The notes beneath the pieces were generated by a model that was not told the origin of the DNA, made no database searches, and saw nothing but the letters and a program-made list of their open reading frames with translations. DNA of 64,000 nt, from the IMG/VR virus record IMGVR_UViG_3300005826_000294, positions 62,001-126,000 of that record. One strand, given 5' to 3'. Shown here one piece after another: positions 58,601 to 64,000 of the stretch; position 1 is the stretch's first letter, and every line of letters begins with the position of its first letter. The translations under genes and the position numbers were made by a program.

Positions 58601-60609
58601 TATTTACTCCGACCTACTGGTTCTGTTGATACTTCTCCAGTTATAGCTAATGACCTACGTCTTGCCTCTTCAGAAGTTATAAATTCAACCGAAACTTCTT
58701 TAGGAATAAGATTATTACCATTAAAATATGATATATATCTTCCTCCAATTTTAGCCTTAATATTTGCTATACCTGGTGTAAAACTAGTTATTGTAGAAAT
58801 ATATTGTCCTGTAGTATTGTTTTCTATAACTTCCCCAACGGACCCAAAATTTGTTTCAAAATCAATTTCAACAATACCAGGAGGAACAGTTACACCAAGT
58901 AATCCTCCATTTCTATCATATGGTATTGCTTGAATATTAGCATCTAATCCAATTATTTGAATTCTTGGTTCAACATCAAATTCGGATGTCTCAGGATCTA
59001 CAAGAACAGGATATATTTCTTTCGCATAATCTATAGCATCATTTTTAAAACCATTAAGTTGATCTGATACACAATCATAAAGTCCAGTTATTTCAGTAGC
59101 AATTGTTTGATAATTATTTAAAACATATTCTGTATCAACATCAATTGGTGCTACTTTTCCTATACATTCACTAATATTATTAACCAAACTATCAAAATCT
59201 GGTAAGTCAGGAAGAGTAGCTTCCATATCAGGAAATCTATTAACTAATGCTTCTCTTGTTGCTTTAACAGCAGGATGACAACCTACATTTATTAAACCAT
59301 GACGCAATAATTCTTCATGGTTAATTTCAAGTTCAAAATTTAAATTATTAGTTATAGAAGGAACCGAAGGTTCAAGCTTCCACCTAAGATGTTCAGATGG
59401 AGCACCATAACTCCATACATCAGACGATCTTTTAAATAAAACATTATATCCATCATAATAATTTTGTATCTTCCAAGATCCACCATTTATTTGAGATTGA
59501 CTAATTCCTCTTATATCCGACATAGTTACATAACTTCCAACACTACTGGACGTAAATGTTTCTGTTTTTGTATTAAATCTCGCTTCAAGAGGATCAGTTA
59601 ATGGAACATTATTAATATCAGTGCTAGAAAGGTAACCATCCGAAATATATTCTGGCGGAAGTTGATATAATGTAGAATATCCGCTTGAATCAACAGAAGT
59701 TACAACATATTTTTGAACAGCACCACTAGATTGAGTAATATTCAAAATATATGGGACATCTTCTTCATTTTTTACTTCAGCATAATCTAACCCTCTTGGA
59801 AAAAAGTTTCTCATTTGTATAAAATCTAATTTATGAGATGAAGAATAAAATAGAATTTGAAAACTAAATCCATTAGAACCAAATAAAATTACAAATTGTC
59901 CATCTGTCCCAGAAAAACTTGTTTGTTGTAATATTTCAGGACAAATTTCATCTCCACCACATTCAGAACAACTTCCTCCAGAACCTCCGCAAGGAATTCC
60001 TATACCTGCCGACAAAAGAGCTTTAACCATAACCCATATTCCATTTAACACAGCAAGAATTCCAAGAATATTATATAATTCTTTTATTAGAGCTGCCAAT
60101 TTAAAACCTACTGCTTCTACAGCATCTTGATTATCATCATTAAAAGCATCAATAAGATCCTGAATATTTTGAATAATATCTAAAATAATTGGAAGTAATA
60201 CTTCAAGAATATATTCTACTATTGCTAGAATAATTTTAACCAAACATATAATAATTGCGGGTAAAGCAAATTGAGGGAAAATTAAAATAAAATCAGGAAT
60301 ACATGTTCCAAAAAGTCTAATTATAGCAAAAATAATACAAAATGGATTAACAAGACAACATAATACATCAATAATACAAGCAACCATTTTAAGAACAACG
60401 GTCACTACTCCATATGCTGACGTGAAAGTGCTAAGAATTCTCGTATGATCAGCAATAATATCCCCTAAATCTATTGTAGCACTAGGAAGAGAAGATGGTC
60501 GTATCTGTGCCCCTGCGGGACAAGTACATTTCAATTGATCAAGTTGTTCCGAATATGTTTTCGGTTGCTCTTCTTTTTGAAAATTATTTCTATTAGGATC
60601 TGTTGCCAT
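58600..60609 (-). CDS. hypothetical protein: Cys-rich hydrophobic N-terminal region, C-terminal invasin/Ig-like domain
   Basis: ACIIDVLCCLVNPFCIIFAIIRLF...; C-terminal ANIQAIPYD..G...GQYISTITSFTPGIANIKAKIGG. Confidence 0.55.
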   Translation of the reverse strand: MATDPNRNNFQKEEQPKTYSEQLDQLKCTCPAGAQIRPSSLPSATIDLGDIIADHTRILSTFTSAYGVVTVVLKMVACIIDVLCCLVNPFCIIFAIIRLFGTCIPDFILIFPQFALPAIIICLVKIILAIVEYILEVLLPIILDIIQNIQDLIDAFNDDNQDAVEAVGFKLAALIKELYNILGILAVLNGIWVMVKALLSAGIGIPCGGSGGSCSECGGDEICPEILQQTSFSGTDGQFVILFGSNGFSFQILFYSSSHKLDFIQMRNFFPRGLDYAEVKNEEDVPYILNITQSSGAVQKYVVTSVDSSGYSTLYQLPPEYISDGYLSSTDINNVPLTDPLEARFNTKTETFTSSSVGSYVTMSDIRGISQSQINGGSWKIQNYYDGYNVLFKRSSDVWSYGAPSEHLRWKLEPSVPSITNNLNFELEINHEELLRHGLINVGCHPAVKATREALVNRFPDMEATLPDLPDFDSLVNNISECIGKVAPIDVDTEYVLNNYQTIATEITGLYDCVSDQLNGFKNDAIDYAKEIYPVLVDPETSEFDVEPRIQIIGLDANIQAIPYDRNGGLLGVTVPPGIVEIDFETNFGSVGEVIENNTTGQYISTITSFTPGIANIKAKIGGRYISYFNGNNLIPKEVSVEFITSEEARRRSLAITGEVSTEPVGRSK

Positions 60610-60619
60610 ACCTTCTCCG

Positions 60620-62875
60620 TTATTTTATTAACCTAGCAGTTCTTGCGAAATATTTAGGATTTTCTTTATAGATTTGAACTTTTGGAGCATCTAAAGTAAT
60701 TAAACTTTTACTTGTAAAAGACATGTTTTTTTCACTAATTAAATCAAATCTTCCTGATGTTGTTAATGTTATTCCTGTTTCATCTATAATTAAATATGTA
60801 TCTTTTTCACTACTATCTGGTTCCGTTCCTTCTTCATTTGCTTTTCTTACTCTAATAATTAATTTTCCAGAACGAAATTGAGTTGGATCTAATTGTAAAA
60901 CTTCTTCTCTTGCCCCTGTTCCTTTTCCAACAAATCTTGTATCAACTTCATCATTATTAGATTTTCCAATATAATCAAATCCGCCAATTTCTAAAGCAAT
61001 TGTTCCATCTGCTTGTATTACAGCACTTCTTCCTGATCTATCTCTTCCTAATCTCCATACCAAAGCACCAGCAGTATCTAAAACCCAAGAAACTCTATCA
61101 ATTGTATTTGCACCAATAGACATTTCTAAACTTCCATCAAAATTAGCATTTATACTTCTTCCACCAGCATTTGGTTGGTTTTTTAATAATCCAGATTTAT
61201 TTTCTAATCTTGTAGCAGGAGATAAATCATTTTTTGGTATTGTAGGATTTATCTCTTTTGATATTGCTCTTAATCCTTCTTCAGTAGAGGTTGGCCCATC
61301 AAGATATATACTATTTGCTTTTGTATTGATATTTTCTTTAATTAAAGCCCAAGCCGTTTCTGTAATATCGTGAAAAGCTGTTCCAGCTTCAACATTTATT
61401 CCCATTAGTTCTTGAGAAGAATTTCTTCCATCATCTACCCAACTGGTTTTTTTACCAACCATTCTATTATCAGGAGGATTTCCAAGAACTTTTATACCTC
61501 CGGGACCAACTTGTTCAATAAAAACATCACGATTTTTTTTATTACGATATAACTTTTTTGTATCAACTTCTCTCTTACGACCTTTTGAGGTGGGGTTTCC
61601 ATCAGATGTAATATCCAAAACGCTTGAATTCTCATATCTTGTAAGCATAGGAACATTTCCAGTTTCAGAACTAGCGGGGATATTAATTTTAGTTAACCCT
61701 TCTTTATCAACATCAATAAACCATCTGCTTCTATCACGAGCATTATTTGCTACAGAATCCACTACCGCTAAATGATCTTTAAAAAGAGAAGGTTTTTTAC
61801 TATCTTGACTTTTACTATCAAATCTATATCCTTTTCTTACATTTATTTCCATATGATATGCTATTGTATGTCGTGCTTGTTCTAATGCATCTTCTAATAA
61901 TTTTTTATTATTATCTCCAACTGGAGTATCTAAAATTTTCCTATTAATATCAATAGTATTTCCAAATATATCAACTAACGTTCCACTCACAGTTTCTATA
62001 AGTTCATTTGGGACGGATAATGATAAACCCAAAACATTACTTCGTCTTTCACTACGATACTCTGAATTTACAACTGGAGGAACAGTACTATCTAATCTTT
62101 CATTTTCTTCTTTATATGTTCCAACAACATATTCTCTTCCATATTCATAAATAACTTGTCTATCTTCAACAAATGCTGGGTTTCTATATATTTTTCCTCC
62201 AGTTTGTCCTTTTACTGATTCACCAAGTCCTCCAGATATATATGTAACTTGTTTGCTTGGATCCCAACCAATTTCTTCTAATGATTGCTCAGATTCAAGT
62301 CTGGAAAGAAAATCTACAAAACTTTCTTCAACATCTTCTATTTTTACATCACGTCGAATAACACCAGAAGCCTTAATTCCATAAGGAGATATAGTATAAT
62401 CTACAGGTGAAGAATGTTTTATGGAACAACGAAAACTATCACTTCCTCCACCAATTATAATTCCTTCTCCAAATTCATTATCTAAAACAATTTCTTCTAA
62501 TTTATTACTATTATTTAATCTTATTTGAGATCCTGTTGGACCTTGTAATACAATCTCTCCCTGATCTAATGAAGGAAAACCCTGATCATCAAAATCAACT
62601 TCAGAAATAGATGCTAAATCATCACTATAATATGCGTTTGTTGGAAGAATAGCAACAGGGAAATATGTTTTAAAAGCCCCCATAGTTAAAACAATAACAG
62701 TTCCAATTTTTATTCCAACAAATATTCCAGAACCACCTTGATTTCCAAATGGATGCGGAATTGGGACTGTTGGCCCTGGATTATCATCATCTAACCATCT
62801 CGTATGCATTATACCATCAGCATAATTCACACTTGATACAACAGCTCTTCTTGAAACCGCAGATGAATATCTCAT
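60620..62875 (-). CDS. baseplate central spike-like protein (gpV/gp5/VgrG-type)
   Basis: N-terminal OB-like RAVVSSVN...GIFVGIKIGTVIVL; C-terminal beta-repeat LIIDETGITLTTSGRFDLISEKNMSFTSKSLITLDAPKVQI. Confidence 0.65.
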   Translation of the reverse strand: MRYSSAVSRRAVVSSVNYADGIMHTRWLDDDNPGPTVPIPHPFGNQGGSGIFVGIKIGTVIVLTMGAFKTYFPVAILPTNAYYSDDLASISEVDFDDQGFPSLDQGEIVLQGPTGSQIRLNNSNKLEEIVLDNEFGEGIIIGGGSDSFRCSIKHSSPVDYTISPYGIKASGVIRRDVKIEDVEESFVDFLSRLESEQSLEEIGWDPSKQVTYISGGLGESVKGQTGGKIYRNPAFVEDRQVIYEYGREYVVGTYKEENERLDSTVPPVVNSEYRSERRSNVLGLSLSVPNELIETVSGTLVDIFGNTIDINRKILDTPVGDNNKKLLEDALEQARHTIAYHMEINVRKGYRFDSKSQDSKKPSLFKDHLAVVDSVANNARDRSRWFIDVDKEGLTKINIPASSETGNVPMLTRYENSSVLDITSDGNPTSKGRKREVDTKKLYRNKKNRDVFIEQVGPGGIKVLGNPPDNRMVGKKTSWVDDGRNSSQELMGINVEAGTAFHDITETAWALIKENINTKANSIYLDGPTSTEEGLRAISKEINPTIPKNDLSPATRLENKSGLLKNQPNAGGRSINANFDGSLEMSIGANTIDRVSWVLDTAGALVWRLGRDRSGRSAVIQADGTIALEIGGFDYIGKSNNDEVDTRFVGKGTGAREEVLQLDPTQFRSGKLIIRVRKANEEGTEPDSSEKDTYLIIDETGITLTTSGRFDLISEKNMSFTSKSLITLDAPKVQIYKENPKYFARTARLIK

Positions 62876-64000
62876 TTAACTATTCCTTTTCCAACCACCA
62901 ACTGGAGGTTGTCTAAGTCTAATTTCAATAACATTTTTCAATGTAGGATCAATTCCTCTTGTTTTTTGGCTTGCTACTAATCCAGATTTAAGGAAATTCT
63001 TCTCAGAAGTGGATAAATTTTTATATTCTTCTGATTGTCTAATATATGTGGAATCAATATATGCGGCATTAATTTGATAATCACCTATATTTTTATCAGA
63101 AGTGTTAATATTATTTGTATTAACAACATCTCCACGACCATCTGCTCCAACACCTCCAGATGGTTCTCCCGGAGCATAAGGACTATGAAACCAACTTCTT
63201 ATCCGACCTATACGAATATTTTGCTCATCTTTATCTCCACCATAAGCAATAAGATAAATTTTTGAAGATTCGGAAACTCTATTACTGAAATCTCTTTTTG
63301 CTATTGAGGCCGCTCGTTTTAATTCTTCAAAATTTCTATTTCCTCTTTGAGCTCCAAGTAAATCTGTATTATTTTTAGCAAAATCAACTACTCCTATAAT
63401 AGTATCCTCTGGAGGAATATCTCTTCTCATTCTATATGCCGTATGAGTTCTACCTTTTGTAACTAAACCTTTACCAATAACATCTAATGGTGTAGGAATA
63501 TATTCTCCCGGAGAATGACCATATGTTAATTTAAGAGTTGTATTAAAACTACCATTATAATTAAATGAGTGTTGCACGGACTCTACATAATATAACATAT
63601 TTCTATGAGTAATATAAACAACATCTCCAAGTTGATAAAATTCATTTCCTATTAATGTAACAGTTCCAGTTATAGTATTTTTTCTTTGTCTAGAAAGTAA
63701 CATAACAGCATATGGAGCACATTGTAATTCAGCACTCCAAAAAAATGGTTTTTCAAAACTTTTTTCAGTTCTCCAACCATATTGTCTCCATAAATCAAAA
63801 TCTGTTCCAAATGCCGTATATACTGGAATATTTGCTAAACTTCCTTTTTCTCCAACAAGTGGTTCTGTCCCATTAACCGAAACACTCGTCATATTTGGTG
63901 GTTTTTCTGTAAATGTTGCTGATATAATATGTTCATCCTTAATTACAAATCTTTCTCCAGACATATGACCTAAAACATTTTTAGTATCATCTTCAACTAA
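62876..64000 (-). CDS. baseplate hub-like protein (gp27/gpD-type), C-terminal part; truncated at right edge
   Basis: Frame stays open upstream of 63964 (LVEDDTKNVLGHM) to the edge; GTVTLIGNEFYQLGDVV...YYVESVQHSF..NGSFNTTLKL. Confidence 0.7.
   Translation of the reverse strand, partial: LVEDDTKNVLGHMSGERFVIKDEHIISATFTEKPPNMTSVSVNGTEPLVGEKGSLANIPVYTAFGTDFDLWRQYGWRTEKSFEKPFFWSAELQCAPYAVMLLSRQRKNTITGTVTLIGNEFYQLGDVVYITHRNMLYYVESVQHSFNYNGSFNTTLKLTYGHSPGEYIPTPLDVIGKGLVTKGRTHTAYRMRRDIPPEDTIIGVVDFAKNNTDLLGAQRGNRNFEELKRAASIAKRDFSNRVSESSKIYLIAYGGDKDEQNIRIGRIRSWFHSPYAPGEPSGGVGADGRGDVVNTNNINTSDKNIGDYQINAAYIDSTYIRQSEEYKNLSTSEKNFLKSGLVASQKTRGIDPTLKNVIEIRLRQPPVGGWKRNS

Noticed and set aside
3617-63265. Short + strand ORFs antisense to long genes (for example 6499-6801, 46456-47022, 57372-57866)
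   Set aside because: Fully antisense to well-supported genes, with low-complexity hydrophobic translations typical of AT-rich reverse frames
1-64000. Stop-codon reassignment as in some large phages
   Set aside because: Long ORFs are intact in code 11, and TAA, TGA (ATGA overlaps) and TAG (46353-46355) all end genes at sensible boundaries
1-64000. CRISPR array, tRNA, rRNA, integrase or IS element
   Set aside because: Intergenic gaps are nearly all under about 100 bp, with no spaced repeats or cloverleaf-like segments; repeats found are intragenic
46353-64000. Extracellular contractile injection system or tailocin instead of phage
   Set aside because: Very large wedge proteins, multiple fibres and homing endonucleases fit a large phage better; not fully excluded because capsid, terminase and sheath genes are outside the window

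Overview
AT-rich window, almost entirely on the - strand, that reads as part of a large contractile-tailed (myovirus-like, probably jumbo) phage genome. It has two blocks. (i) 1-34667 is a translationally coupled glycan-biosynthesis region, truncated at the left edge: about 13 glycosyltransferase-like genes, gmd (intein-containing)/fcl, rmlA/rmlB, a FdtA/QdtA-like isomerase with a DegT-family aminotransferase, sqdB, a SIS-HAD plus nucleotidyltransferase-kinase pair, four methyltransferases, two sulfotransferase-like genes, a radical SAM/SPASM protein, three free-standing endonucleases, and an unannotated ribbon-helix-helix gene at its head. (ii) 34766-64000 holds virion genes: fibre-like repeat proteins (one largely GC-rich), one more glycosyltransferase, a dockerin-like-domain protein, a 2303-aa LamG-containing wedge-like protein, baseplate J-like, gp25-like, spike-like and hub-like proteins. 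The most striking signal is a D-[G/A]-Y tripeptide found 31 times (manual count) in six virion proteins but only about 4 times in the glycan enzymes; it is a candidate tyrosine modification sequon for a phage-encoded virion glycosylation or sulfation system. All family assignments are from motif recognition by eye; no searches were run. No tRNA, rRNA, CRISPR array, integrase or transposase was recognised.
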